This document shows, piece after piece, positions 41,766 to 55,033 of a stretch of DNA of 64,000 bases (position 1 is the first letter of the stretch; every line of letters starts with the position of its first letter). The notes under the pieces were generated by a model. That model was not told the origin of the DNA. It was given only the letters and a program-made list of their open reading frames with translations, and searched no databases. Source of the stretch: Nemertoderma westbladi. Lineage: Eukaryota > Animalia > Xenacoelomorpha. The position numbers and the translations under genes were made by a program. The stretch lies in assembly GCA_032718475.1 (NCBI GenBank), contig JAUCBJ010000022.1:15214-79213 (forward strand), written 5' to 3'.

Positions 41766-42411
41766 CCCTGTATGGAATCCATCCAAAAAGTGCGCCGGAT
41801 AGCGCGCCGACCTGCCGACCAATTTTTATGCGCGCCGCGCCGCTCTTATGCCATTTCGAAGAAAAACCCCGCGCCAACTAAATTTTTAAGCACGCCGATG
41901 CAATTTCGAAGAAACCCCGCGCCAACTAAATTTTTAAGCGCGCCACACATTGAAACAATTTTGAAGAGCGCCACGCCAATGCAAATTCAATTTTGAGGGA
42001 GTGTAACCAATCTGTCAGTCTGTCAATGTCAGTCAGTAGGATCAGTACTGATGTACCAGTCCCTGCCAGCCTGCTGCGCTGCCCTTTATCTGTATACAAC
42101 AGTAGCCTAACCACTGAACCATACAACAGAAAAAGAAAGGCGAGCGTAGCGAGCCGAAATTTTTAAACAGCTAATGCTATTTTTAAGGCACTTATCCATA
42201 ATTGTTAAACCTGTTTAAACTAACAAATCGGCGCCGGTTTTTATTTTTGGGAGCGCCAAAGCTGAAAGCCGGCGCGCTTTACAATTTTCAAGCGCGCCAC
42301 GCACCAAAGTCGGCGCGCTTTACGATTTTCGAGCGCGCCACGCATTGGCGCGCTTTTATTGCAAAGTGCGCCGGATTATTCCGGCGCAAAGTGTATGGAT
42401 TCCAGTCTGGG
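41766..42411. mobile_element. Non-autonomous DNA element (MITE-like) with imperfect terminal inverted repeats and GCGCGCC-rich subterminal repeats
   Basis: Left end CCCTGTATGGAATCCATCCA...GTGCGCCGGA versus reverse complement of right end CCCAGACTGGAATCCATACA...TTGCGCCGGA; many GCGCGCC/GCGCCA motifs near both ends. Confidence 0.55.
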
Positions 42412-42716
42412 CTGCAATGAACAGATGAAGAATGAAACAAATTCGAAACGGGCAAGGTCGGATTGCCTGATTGCTTGCTACGTAGTTTTACAGTAGATAG
42501 CTCACTTGAACAAATTTAAAATTAAAAATAAGGTAGGCCTAGGCCTACAATTCTGCAATTAATTGATATCATACTGTCTGTGTCTGACTGTCATAAGATG
42601 ATAAGCCAGTAAGCCTGTAGGCCTAAGCAGATAAGAACAAAACCAACAGAACGAGGCAGCAGGGTGGAATTAATACGACTGTACGAGGCTGTACAGAAGT
42701 TAAGCACACTAGACTG

Positions 42717-43010
42717 CTAGACAGTCGGTGAGAAGTCAAAAATTGGACTTGAGTCCAAAATTGGACTTCGACTCCAGTTCAAGTCCAAAATTGGACTTCT
42801 GTGAGTCCAATATTGGACTTCAAATCAGCCAATTGTTCCAGGGCCTTGGTTAATTGGATCGGGCGGGATTTTTTTTTTTAATCGAAAATATATCAAAAAA
42901 TAAGAGTTTTGAACAGGGGGACCTGAAATTCACCAGGGGGAACTTTTTTTATAAGGCTTAGAATTTTACAAAAGTCCAATATTGGACTTTAAGTCCAATT
43001 TTGGACGCGA
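42717..43010 (+). repeat. Dispersed repeat with reiterated near-palindrome AGTCCAAWATTGGACT (copy 1)
   Basis: About 6 copies of the motif; the end CAGTCGGTGAGAAGTCAAAAATTGGACT recurs inverted near 59030-59060. Confidence 0.65.
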
Positions 43011-43561
43011 CATTGAGATTCAAACTTAAATGTACATGAAGCATAACAGATGAGAGACAGCCAGACAGCTATTAAGTTATGGAAAGTTACCTTTGCAGCT
43101 CTGTATGTACTGACTGATGTATCTTCAGTGTACTGTACTTAGAATATAATGGTACATTCTAGCATTCTAGGTACTTTGTAATTTACTCTTTAGCATATTG
43201 TTTAGTTTACATTCATGTTATGTCTAACCTTCGCCTTACAGCCTAGTACCCAGGACTTTAGAGTCTTTAGGACTAGATTAGATTATGCTCCAAGAAATAT
43301 TTAATTACAAATTATATTTGGTGAAAACTGGTAGCAATGCCAGGTTTGCCAACTGCAGCTGCTGCTAAGGCTAACTACAGTACACAGTACAAGCTACGAT
43401 TTCGTCTAAGCCTATAGGCAGATCCAGATAGGAGCCCTATCAGAAAGAAATACTACAACATTGATGCTACCACCACCATCTCTTCAAATTTTTCCATACA
43501 ACAGGAAGGGTATTTTAAAACGGCTGGATAATGAAAGGGGATTAACTGATTAACGGGTTGG

Positions 43562-44076
43562 TGTGAGCGTTTTTGCTTTAATCGCTCTGATTCTGTCAGT
43601 TATGCGTGATTTAATCTTAATGACCGAAAAACATTGTGATAACATAATAGTAATAACAGGAATGTTTATTGAAGAATGTTAGAATTTAATATCATCAAAA
43701 TATGTTCGGTAAAAAGATACACTTCGGATTCCCTAATAACAGAATGAATTTCATCGCGGTTGTTAGTTGATTAAATAGGTTGAGATACGAAGGGACAGGG
43801 AAGTTGTAAAGAAGAGCTGTCATAGGTCAATGTGTCTTATTGTCATTGTATGCGGTATTAGAGCTGGTGATAATTGGCGAGAGTTGAATAGTGAATGTAG
43901 CAATTAGATTACCCGGCCAAGAATGTATAGTAGTAGATATCAGCTGATATTATAAACATTATATTATATTGAATGCTAGCGGTTGGATTTTGTGGGCTAA
44001 TATGCTCGAGCTGACTTGTTACAAGCATTGTACGAAATAAGGGGTATTTTTTACTGGTCATGTACAATCTGTAACA
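43562..44076 (-). repeat. 3' LTR (515 bp)
   Basis: TGTGAGCG...TGTAACA, direct repeat of 51929-52449. Confidence 0.96.
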
Positions 44077-44838
44077 GTCCCCCCTTGAGATATTGCGAAG
44101 CCAAAATCTCAAAAAAATTTTATTTTATTTTTTTTTTGTGGGGGAAGGGCGCTAGTAGACTGTTTGCCCGTGTCTACTTTCCTTTTTTATTTGCAACCCT
44201 TTTCTTTTACTTTATTTTACCGAATAGCATTCATTTGAGATAAGGGTCTTTTATTATTAATTTGTTTTTAATTTTAAATTTTATTATTTGTCTATTTATT
44301 TATTTTATTTTAATATCGATTATTATAGAGATTGTATAGTACAGTATAACATACGGTAGCTAGTATATAGTATATAGCATAGACTAGAGTGACGATTTTA
44401 GATTATTTCGTTCTGTCTCTGTGGTCGAAACTAGTCTTGTCAATATAGTCTGATAATAATGTTTGAGAGAAATGTTAAATGAGTTAGATGTTAGTGAGTG
44501 TTAGTGAGAAATCGTATTGCACAAACTATAATACTAAATATATAAATGCAATAAACATTGAACTACATACAAACAGTACATATAATACTATATATAAAAT
44601 GCACAACATAGAGAAATATATTATTGTAAAAGTCCCTTCACCGTCATTTATGGTTCATATGAATAATTAATGTTCTTTATTATCTTCTAGTGGTTGCCCT
44701 TTATGTGGTTGTCCGTTGTCTCATCTGAGGTACGGTACATGCCTCTGATTGCATCTACATTGCTGAGGGTTTCCAAGAGTACTGTATGAATGTCGTACAC
44801 CCCCTGAAAATAATTAAGGTAATATAATGTAAACATTT

Positions 44839-47800
44839 CTATTTTTCAATGGATATAACGTCAGATTCTAATAAGCAAAGCTTATCTACATGACGCTTAT
44901 AAACCCCTGCTGGAGTTTTTACTGAAGCATGGCGGACAATTCCGTCGGCATCTGGGAACACTTGGATGATACGTCCCCATTGCCACTGTGATCTAGGCTG
45001 ATGATCGTCATAGATCAGTACTGCGTTGTCTACCCGCAGGTTATCACGTTCACGGTTCCATTTGTTTCTGGTTTGTAAAGTCACTACGTACTCCCTGAGC
45101 CACCTCTCCCAATAGTTAGTGGCTATTAGCTGGGATTGACGCCAAGTACGAGTAGAATAAGAGTCACTATCGTAAACTGGCCCTATGTGTACGTTGTAGG
45201 CAGGACGTTGTAGAAGGAAGTGGTTAGGTGTGAGTGGTTCCTCACCTGTGATGTCGTTATTTACGATGCTAAGCGGCCGACTGTTCATTATTGATTCCAC
45301 CTCTGTTATACTTGTGAGTAATGTGTCATCGGTTACTAAATTTTTATTAATTATGGCTAGAGTGGTTCTTTTAGCTATCTGTATTAACCTTTCATGTACT
45401 CCACCCGTGTGGGGCGCTAGTGGTGTCAAGAAGTGCCATTCAGTCCCATTCGGCCTTGAGAATTCAACTAACTCATCTTCCCAGGTTTGTAAGTTACTTC
45501 TAAGTTCTGACTCGGCCCCGATAAAGTTTGAGCCGTTATCAGAGTCGACCCTCTTTGGGGGGCCCCGTCGGGATATAAACCGACGATACACGTTGATGAA
45601 TGCGTCAGCTGATGCATTCATTGCGATGTCAAGATGAACTGCTCTGCAGTTTTGGCATGTGAATAATATTCCGTATCTTTTATTAGTGGTACTGCGACCT
45701 CTTAAAGTGTATAGGGGTCCCCACATATCCACTGTGGAATAAGTGAATGGGGGCTCGTATGGCGTTAGTCTCGATGCTGGTAATGGTGACATTAATTGCT
45801 CCATTCTCCTTGATTTGATCCAGCGGCAGATGAAGCATTTTCCAGTCATGGCTTTAGTTATTGCTTGTACGCTAAGTATCCAATATTTTTCTCTAAGCTT
45901 ACATACAACGTGTGAGTATCCTGCGTGACCTAATTTTGTATGTACGTCCCATATCAACGCCCGTGTTATTGAATGTTTCTTTGGTAGTATAATTGGGTAT
46001 GCGGCGTCATATGATATGGGCGCCTTACTGATACGACTACCTACTCTGATTAATCCGTCATTACCTAGGTGGGGGCTAAGCTTTGCAATTGGGCTATTTC
46101 TAGGCACTGGGGAATTATTAGATAGGCATTTATATTCTTCTTTGAATGTTTGCGTTTGTGTAAAGAACAGAAGCCTTTTGCCGGATTTTTCTAGCTCCTG
46201 AGCACTTACCACTATGTTTTTTAACATGATCGGATCGATAGAGTACTTACATAACCTTATCAACCAGGCGAATAATATTCTTACCTTATTCCAGGATGAA
46301 TTCCTGTCTATAATTTTAGTGATAGCTTCTATTGTGCTGTCGTTCATGTCTGATTCACAACTGTCCTTAAATCTTACCTTTTTGGTGTGAAGTTCTTCCA
46401 GAATACTATACCAGAAATCCTCTGTCCCCTCCGTGACGTCATCAGAGACTTCACTATCGTTATCGACCTCTGATATTTCGCCCGTATATTGAATTTTCAC
46501 ATCAGGATCATCTCTAATGGCGTCGGTCCATTCTGATTTGTTTTGGATTCCGGGCCATTGGGATTCGTCTTGAGAAAGGAAAGTGGGCCCATACCACCAT
46601 TGACGACGATCCTTCAACCCTTTAGCAATGAGTCCCCTGCTAATGTCGTCGGCTGGATTTAGTTCACCTTGAATGAAAAGCCATTGGTTACATTCGGATT
46701 GTTCTAGAATATGATTTACTCTGTTAGTTACATACCTTTTAAACTCTTTGTCCTCATTGTTTATGTATCCTAGAACTACTTTGGAGTCAGACCAAAATGT
46801 TGACTTTTCGATTTTAAGGTTGAGTTCTTCCTTGAGAGTTCGGCCAACGTCAGCGACTATTACTGCCGCCTGCAACTCCCGTCTGGGCGTTGACAACCCG
46901 CTAGAAACTGAGGAAATTTTAACCTTGGAAAATAAATATGATATTGTTATATGGCCATCCATTTCAACTCTAAGATATGAAATGCAACCGCATGCTACTT
47001 CGGAGGCGTCGCAAAAGTGATGTAATTGGTACTTTATATTTTCTAATGCCTGAGTAAAGCTATGGTACACTCTGGGTATCTGTATGACCGACAGTTCGGC
47101 AATCTGTTGAGACCATTTGGTCCATTTTTTGATGTATTCCTGTGGTATTGGTTCGTCCCAACCAATACCGGAATGCCATATATCTCGTACAATTAATCTT
47201 CCCTTCACTACAAAGGGGGATAAAAAGTTCAGAGGGTCAAATATCGAGTTTACAACGCTTATGCATCCTCGCTTAGTTAGAGGGGCGTCCTTTTTCTGGA
47301 AATTAAAGTTAAAATTATCCAATTGGGTGTCCCAAATGACACCCAACACTCTTGTGGCTGGGAGGTTGTCCAGGTCTAAGTTTATGTATTGTTTACCTAA
47401 GTGTGAGACATTCAATGCCTCTAAAAACTTTCTAGAATTAGACATGAATTTGTGTAATCTAAACCCACCTTTGGAAAGGCAAGCAATGAGTTGTGGAGCC
47501 AGGTCTATTGCTTCTGGAACTGTATCTAAGGATTCACAGATATCATCTACATAAAATGATGTTAGTACACTGTTTATTACATTTTCATCAAATTCGTCTG
47601 CATTATCCAACCCGGTTCTCCTTAGAGTGTGTGTGGCAATGCACGACGAATCTGTAGCACCAATTATATGTACAAGCATTTTGTAAGTTTCTATTTGGTT
47701 ACTACCTATTGGCTTCTATAAAAATCTTAAGCTGTCGCTATCCTCATCGGTGACTTTCACCTGATGATACATGCCTTCTATGTCTGCTATGAAGGCAATG

Positions 47801-50800
47801 CTTCCCTTGCGGAAGCGCAATAGAATTCCTATAATTTTATTTGTCAAGTTAGGACCCTGTAAGAGGCAGTCATTAAGACATTCCCCCTTGTATCTGGCGG
47901 CGGCATCTTTTACAATGCGTATTGTGCCAGGTTTTGCTGCGCGCTCCACATAATGGTGCGGCAAGTAGTACGTTTGATTACTTACATGTTGTTGCTCACT
48001 TAAATCTAGCTTTCTCGCGTAGCCTTTAGTTTCATATTCCTTTATCATATTATCATAAAGCAGATATTTATCCGGTTTACCTGTTAATCTCTTTAATAAC
48101 CCTTGTAACCTTACCTTAGCTAAGGGATAATTATTATGCAATACTGGTGGGCGCAATTTCCAGAGCATTCCTACGCAATAATGCCCATTTATGAAACTAG
48201 TAGTGTCTTGTAGTATTTTTAGCGCCTTTTTGTCGTTCCTTGACATACTAAGTTCCTCATCCTTTAATTCTGAAGTATAAGTACTCTTCTCTGCTTGGCC
48301 ATATTGCTCTAGTCCTAGGGATTGTAAAATTAGTGCGTTTGTCCCTTGTTGGAATTCCATATCTTCTTGAATGAAGTAATTATTACTCATTATTGGGTCT
48401 TCTTCCTGGTTTACTGGTCCAACGACACACCATCCAAATCGTGTTCGGATAGCTATGGGTGCTTCCGGGTCATCGACCTCTAGGATCTTGTCGTTTCTAT
48501 GTACTTGAGGGTAATTCTGCCCAATTAGAATAGTAACCTGCGGTACATCTATATCGGGGTTTTCTAGTAGTGGGGTTAGATTCTGTAGATGTGGCCAGTT
48601 GTTTAAATTTAATTTAGTGTGGTCGTTACGATACTTATGGGTGTACTGGGAAACTACGTAAACATGTTTCATGTCTAAGAAGAATCCACGTTTGGTCTGC
48701 ATTTTGCCATCTACAGGGGTTACCTGGAATGATAGTTTACCAACTTGAACTAACTTACAGGGGTCGAATACCGTCTTGGCCTTTATTTCGACTTGTTCAG
48801 GAACTGTAATTTGTAATGTGTCTATAATTAGTGTGTCGATTACTGAGCTGGTGGAGCCTCCATCGAGTAGCGCATATGTTGTTAGTGACTTACCTTCTAC
48901 CTTGATCCTTACTGGTACAACAGACAGCCACACATTAGGCGTAGTACTCACTGGCTCTACATTTTCGATATTGCAAATTGCAGCATCTTCTAGATGCTGT
49001 ATTTCTTGGGTTTGCGGACCATCTAGACCTATACTGGCATTATTTTCTAGGTTATTACTTTGCTCGGTTTCCGATATTTCGGCATGTGCTACTTGTTCAT
49101 TACTAACCTTGTTTAAAGTATCTCCAGATTTATTGCTATGTTTCCTGTGCAATAATGAACTGTGTCTTTTACCGCAACCTGGCACTGTACACACCTATAT
49201 AAATTTGTGCAGTCCATTATTATATGATTAGGGCTGAAACAGAGATAACACAATTGTTTATTAGTGACCAGATCATTACGTTCGCTTACAGACAGTTTTA
49301 ATAGTTCTGGGCACCTAAATACTGTGTGGGTATTATGCCCGCAAATAATACAATTTCGAATTATTGTTTTGGTTTGGCTTATACTCGGTATCGCATCACC
49401 ATCCTGTGAATACTGAGCCGCGGTTTCACTATGAGATACTTTCCCCTTAGTTTCACCGGATAGGTTCAGCATTTTCTTTGGATTGGTGTTTTGCAATGCA
49501 ACTTCTGTATTCAATGTGGTAATTTTCGGTCGTTGCTCTATGTTTGATTTATACTTGTAGTCCTGCGGCGGTATATGTACTTGTCTGGCTTCTGTATTAG
49601 AATAAGTGTAGACGGGGTCATTCATAGTGTCGGCTTCTTTCCGTATGAATTCGGCTAACTCGTGTAGCGTAGGTTCATGATGCTTATGTGTGCGTATATC
49701 GCCCGCTACGCGTCGCCAGCGGCTCATCACATTGGGGGGCAGGTTTGCTGCAACCATACGCAAGTTTGCTGTGGAGTTCATTTCTTGCGTATTATTAAAA
49801 TGTTGTAAAATTATAGCCTTGTTTCTTACTTTATCAGCGTAAGATCTAAACTTTTTCTTACACTGCTCGAAAGATCCTGAAATTAGATCGACCTTATCAG
49901 TTAAGTCTCTAAGAGTGTGTTCTACAATGACACTGGGGTGACCGTACCTGTCGTGCAGTATTTCCCCTGCTCTGGTGTACCCGCCGCTCAAACCTGAAAG
50001 GAAGGATATTAAGTGCAGAGGTTCACCTGTTAAATAATTCAATAAATATGAAAATTTCTCCATTTCTGTAAAGGGTTTCAGGTCCACTTGAGCTCTAAAG
50101 GTTGCTGTGAAGGATATGTATTGCCCGGGGTCACCACTAAATTTAATGGGTTCAAGTTGAGGTAAGGTCAATCTTGTGTTTAGTTTGTCTAAGGCGGAAA
50201 ATGTTATCTCAGCAGCAGAGTTGTTCAATTGAGTTAACTGTGATGGTGTTGACACGTATGTCTCTGCAGGAGCAAATGGTAGTTCATTACTGTAGTTTTG
50301 ATATGTTTGTCTATAGCCAGAATGATAGCCCGTGCTGTTAATGCAAGATGGGTCTCCTACTGTAGGTATATTTGTATTGCTTACGGTGTTTGTAAAGTTA
50401 CATGGGTTAGAACCAACAGATTGGATCATACGGCGTGACGTAACTTGCCCGCCCGCACTGGCGATCGAAACAGATGGTATATACGCAGGACAGTGCGCAT
50501 TTAAAGGCCTATTTGTTGGGCTAACATAGGCATTTATATCTGTAGTTCTAGTTAACCCTCCCTCATGTGTACTAGGCCTACTATTTATAAAGGGGGCTGG
50601 ATTACGTGTAGGATAACTAAAGCTATTCGTCATCGTGTGTATAGGCAGATAGGAGATATTCCTATATTTTCGGCGGGTGCCATATTGCGAGGTGCACTCT
50701 GTGTGTAGATTATTGACGACATAGATGTTTCCTGAGATTTACCGACGATGTCTTGTTTTGTAGTGACTGGTTTGTGGCTTGGTTCAATATCTATATTATC

Positions 50801-51736
50801 TGCTATTTTATAGTTTACATTAGCATCCAGTGTACCACCATTATTTTCCTCTTCTGCCAATTCTGTAGCTAATTTTAGCGCGTTTAATTTGTCTCTCTGT
50901 TGACACAGCTTTCGCTCGCTCTCTAGATCTCTAATTTGTTTCTCACGTTCTTGGTCTCGAATTAATTGTTCTAATTTTAAGCCTTCTAATTTTTCTTGAG
51001 CTCTTAATCTGGTAGTAGTAGACGCAACTGAGCCCGACCTACTACTATTTACAGACGCTCGGTCATGTGTGGGGCACGTTGAGTTTTTCAATGGAAGTTG
51101 CGCCGATGAAAATTGACCATCAGTAACGCTAATAGTGGGCTTATGTAAACTATTATCTGTAATATAATTATTATTATCCACAACGGCTGCAGTTGAACCT
51201 GAGGATATAAGGTGAGACATTTCTTGTAGATCCCCCTGGAGAGCTACTGCTAGCACTTCAAATTCTCCCTGAAGCTTATTCGCTTCATTAGAAAAATTAT
51301 TGTCATATAATTTTTCTATAAATACTTGGTAGGCTTCGCATATCCTGTTGTAAGAAGTTACACACTCCTTATAGGTTGGAGGCACTAAGTCTAAACCTCC
51401 CGGTTTTCGTATATCCTGAAAGAAAATGTTTCTTTTCTTGGAAAAATATCCTTTATGACCTGCAATAGAACGGTTAAATACTTCTAAGTCTGGAGGGTTT
51501 TGTACACACGTGGTCCCTGAGTTTCGAGCCCTGGCACCTGCGTCATTTCTATCACGACGTAGAATGCGGTTACTGGCTTGTCCAGGTGCAGAAGCATTGG
51601 ACATACCTTCAGTCCCAGTGGGTTCTTACGTGTTATGTGGGCCAACTAGTACCGTTGATGTACGGGGAGCGCCAATAAACTCACCTTCATTTCCGTCGTC
51701 TTCACAGTCGTCGAAGGCCGTCAGTGTTTCATCCAT
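44839..51736 (-). pseudogene. Bel/Pao gag-pol polyprotein broken by a stop codon (51628-51626) and frameshifts near 50630, 49195 and 47700
   Basis: Gag LEPIKFSGDP; knuckles CIICGHNTHTVFRC, CYLCFSPNHIIMDC, CTVPGCGKRH; protease ALLDGGS; RT YYLPHH, ADIEGMYHQV, FYVDD; RNase H FCDAS, WSDS, NPADDISRG; integrase H..H..CFIC, VDMWGP, SDNGSNF, GGVHERL. ATG at 51736 is in frame with the 51604 ORF. Confidence 0.93.
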
Positions 51737-51928
51737 CCTGAACTCGAGCAGCTCGATTATCCTCTTGAAACTCAATTTGTGAGCTGTAGTTTATCGTCCG
51801 GATCCACCACTTACAACTGTAGCTACTGTATCTACAATATGTATTTAATAATGCCTAGTAACCAAATATATGGTTATATTCTGATCAACCGTAAAGACGG
51901 TATTAAAAAGACTGGTGTATCTTTTTAC

Positions 51929-52449
51929 TGTGAGCGTTTTTGCTTTAATCGCTCTGATTCTGTCAGTTATGCGTGATTTAATCTTAATGACCGAAAAACA
52001 TTGTGATAACATAATAGTAATAACAGGAATGTTTATTGAAGAATGTTAGAATTTAATATCATCAAAATATGTTCGGTAAAAAGATACACTTCGGATTCCC
52101 TAATAACAGAATGAATTTCATCGCGGTTGTTAGTTGATTAAATAGGTTGAGATACGAAGGGACAGGGAAGTTGTAAAGAAGAGCTGTCATACAGTAGGTC
52201 AATGTGTCTTATTGTCATTGTATGCGGTATTAGAGGTGGTGATAATTGGTGAGAGTTGAATAGTGAATGTAGCAATTAGATTACCCGGCCAAGAATGTAT
52301 AGTAGTAGATATCAGCTGATATTATAAACATTATATTATATTGAATGCTAGCGGTTGGATTTTGTGGGCTAATATGCTCGAGCTGACTTGTTACAAGCAT
52401 TGTACGAAATAAGGGGTATTTTTTTACTGGTCATGTACAATCTGTAACA
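51929..52449 (-). repeat. 5' LTR (521 bp)
   Basis: Differences from the 3' LTR that I can see: 2 substitutions, 1 extra T and a 5-bp insertion at about 52192-52196. Confidence 0.96.
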
Positions 52450-52729
52450 GTTGGGGTCTCCACATAATAAGTACAGAAGTAACACACGTCATAAACCAAT
52501 TGAGGGAAAGGAACAGGTTACAGAGGCAGGCTTTTCTAACTAAAACAATAAACGGCCACTTTTGACTTTACCAATTGAAGTCGAGCCCTATCACCTCACC
52601 ACATACTACTAACTACAATCCAGCAATCGGCATGCAGCATTGCAGCTGCATTATATATATACTGATATAGGCCGTATTAAGAATGCTGTGCCGGCTTGTT
52701 GACACAAGTGCGCCTCCACAACTCCGTTA

Positions 52730-52852
52730 CACTCTTACAGCCTTATCACCCATGACATTTGCTAGATCATCCGTATCTTCAAGGCCAGTGTCCTCTGAGA
52801 CAGTAAGAAAGATGCGTCTCAAGAAAGTCATGGGCTGTCCACCATCCCTATT
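52730..52852 (-). mobile_element. Degraded RTE-like LINE ORF2 C-terminal fragment
   Basis: Minus-strand translation ...VSEDTGLEDTDDLANVMGDKAV resembles the DTGL...DL...M.DR end of RTE-clade elements. Confidence 0.4.
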
Positions 52853-52867
52853 GAAAAGTTTTATTTT

Positions 52868-53155
52868 CTGCGCCGAACGCGGCGCCGGGTGCCTAAAATC
52901 CTGCGCCGGCTCTGAGCAAAACCACGCTGGGTGCCAAAAATCCTGCGCCGGCTCTGAGCAAAATCACGCCGGGTGCAAAAAATCCTGCGCCGGCTCTGTG
53001 CAAAACCGCGCCGGGTGCAATAAATTATGCGCCGGCTCTGCAAACCCACGCTCATGGCCATGCCGGGTGCAAAAATCCTGTGCTGGCTCTGTGCAATGCA
53101 AAATGCTGCGCCGAGTGAAAAATCTTCCACCGGCTCTTCAAAGCTGCACCGGGCT
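52868..53155. repeat. 42-bp GC-rich minisatellite (AAAATCCTGCGCCGGCTCTGAGCAAAACCACGCTGGGTGCCA), about 5 degenerate copies
   Basis: Visible tandem units; they give the 14-aa KSCAGSEQNHAGC periodicity in the ORF track. Confidence 0.8.
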
Positions 53156-55033
53156 GACTGGTGTAAAATATAAAATCTGGCTGTTATACTGTACAGTACC
53201 TGTAGTTTATTCGGTTATCTATAATACTGCAGCTGCACTAATCCGAGTTGTTACTTAAACGAACGAAAGTTGTGGGTGGGTGAAACAGTGAAATGAAAAT
53301 AAGGATACAGAGACGGAAAACCTTAATAAAGACAAATGCAACAAGTACAGTAGGTAGGTACATTGTTTTATTCAAAAGTGTAACATTACGAAACAACTAC
53401 TTAAGAAACACTGCATGTAAATTTTTGTTGTCAAGTAAAGTGTACATTTTTTGAAATTACTCAAATGTTACAATATGAATTATAGAAAGAATATTAAAGA
53501 CTACTTCAGTAGGCCTAGTCCTTGTATTTATGTACTACGTTCTACTTTATTACATACTACGTAATGTGGTCCTATGCGTCTATGCTACATATACGGTATG
53601 TCTGAATGAATAATGACTAGCTGTATGTTATGTTATGTTTATTAATATCGCCAGAATAACAATAAAATATTAATTTTTGCACATGTACGTACACGTACAG
53701 TAGATTAAAATAAAATGAGCACTTATCTGCAAAGTACGCTAATAAGCGTATGTATGTACTATTGTAATAAAAATACGGATAATGGTATTCAGGTAAAATT
53801 AGTAAAATAATTAAAATTATAGTTTATTTACAGTACTTACAGTTGGTGCATATTAATTATATAAAAAAAATGAAATTACAGAAAAATTAAATTAAAAACC
53901 GGCAAAGCATACTTACAGTAGGTTCAAGGGCTTCAACAACATACAGTACTAAAGGCAAACATATTAATAAGGACACGAAGTGGGGCCTTCGCGCAGCACG
54001 TGAAATGAGTTAATGCTAAGTATCAATTCGAAAGGATTATAAAAACATAGGAGAAGATTTTCCCGGAAAACGTTAACCCTCTAGCGGGAGACTGGGTAAC
54101 TGAAGAAGGAAGGATTAGTTTCCCTACAAAGCCACAGCCTATGGTCTATTACATATCTACCAAGTTTCCGATTGATGGATCATAAATAACGAAATGTTGG
54201 AAGGTTTTCACTTTCATACATTTAGCCCTCTAGCGGCATATTAAAGAACTACGGATCGATCACCTTCCTCACAAAGACGAGGCATGTGGTCTAGTACATA
54301 CCGGTACTGTATATTCCAAAATTCAGCTTAAATAGATTAAGATCAAGGAATTCGCGAAGGTTATCACTTTCCTACATTTCGCCCTCTAGCGGCAGACTCG
54401 AAAACTCCGGACCGATTACTGTCCACACAAAGACTTAGGATGTCTTCTAGTACATATATGACAAGTTTCAGCGTAATCAGATCATAAACAACTAAATGGA
54501 AGAATAATTTCACATTCGGGACATTTCGCCCTCTAGCGGCAGACTGGAGAACTGCAGACAGATTAGCCTCCTTTGAAATTTACAGCTAATGGTCTAGTAC
54601 ATACTTCCCAAGTTTCAGCTTAAACGGATTAAAAGCAAAGAAATGGGTGGCCATTTAATGTTTAGACATGTGGCCCTCTACCGGCAGACTGGAAAACTTC
54701 GGACCGATTACAATCCACACAAAGACTCAGGATGTCATCTAGTACATATATGACAAGTTTCAGCGTAATCAGATCATAAACAACTAAATGGAAGAATAAT
54801 TTCACATTCGGGACATTTCGCCCTCTAGCGGCAGACTGGAGAACTGCAGACAGATTAGCCTCCTTTGAAATTTACAGCTAATGGTCTAGTACATACTTCC
54901 CAAGTTTCAGCTTAAACGGATTAAAAGCAAAGAAATGGGTGGCCATTTAATGTTTAGACATGTGGCCCTCTACCGGCAGACTGGAAAACTTCGGACCGAT
55001 TACAATCCACACAAAGACTCAGGATGTCATCTA

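Larger units (their letters stand above)
43562..52449 (-). mobile_element. Full-length Bel/Pao LTR retrotransposon
   Basis: Two near-identical TG...CA LTRs, 5-bp TSD GTTGG (43557-43561 and 52450-52454), polypurine tract AAGGGGGGAC next to the 3' LTR, and gag-PR-RT-RH-IN order with three zinc knuckles. Confidence 0.97.

Noticed and set aside
45230-51782. Plus-strand ORFs inside the retrotransposon
   Set aside because: Antisense shadows of gag-pol with no independent motifs.
52683-53258. 191-aa Cys-rich repeat ORF
   Set aside because: It spans an antisense LINE relic and a 42-bp minisatellite; the periodicity is explained by the DNA repeat.
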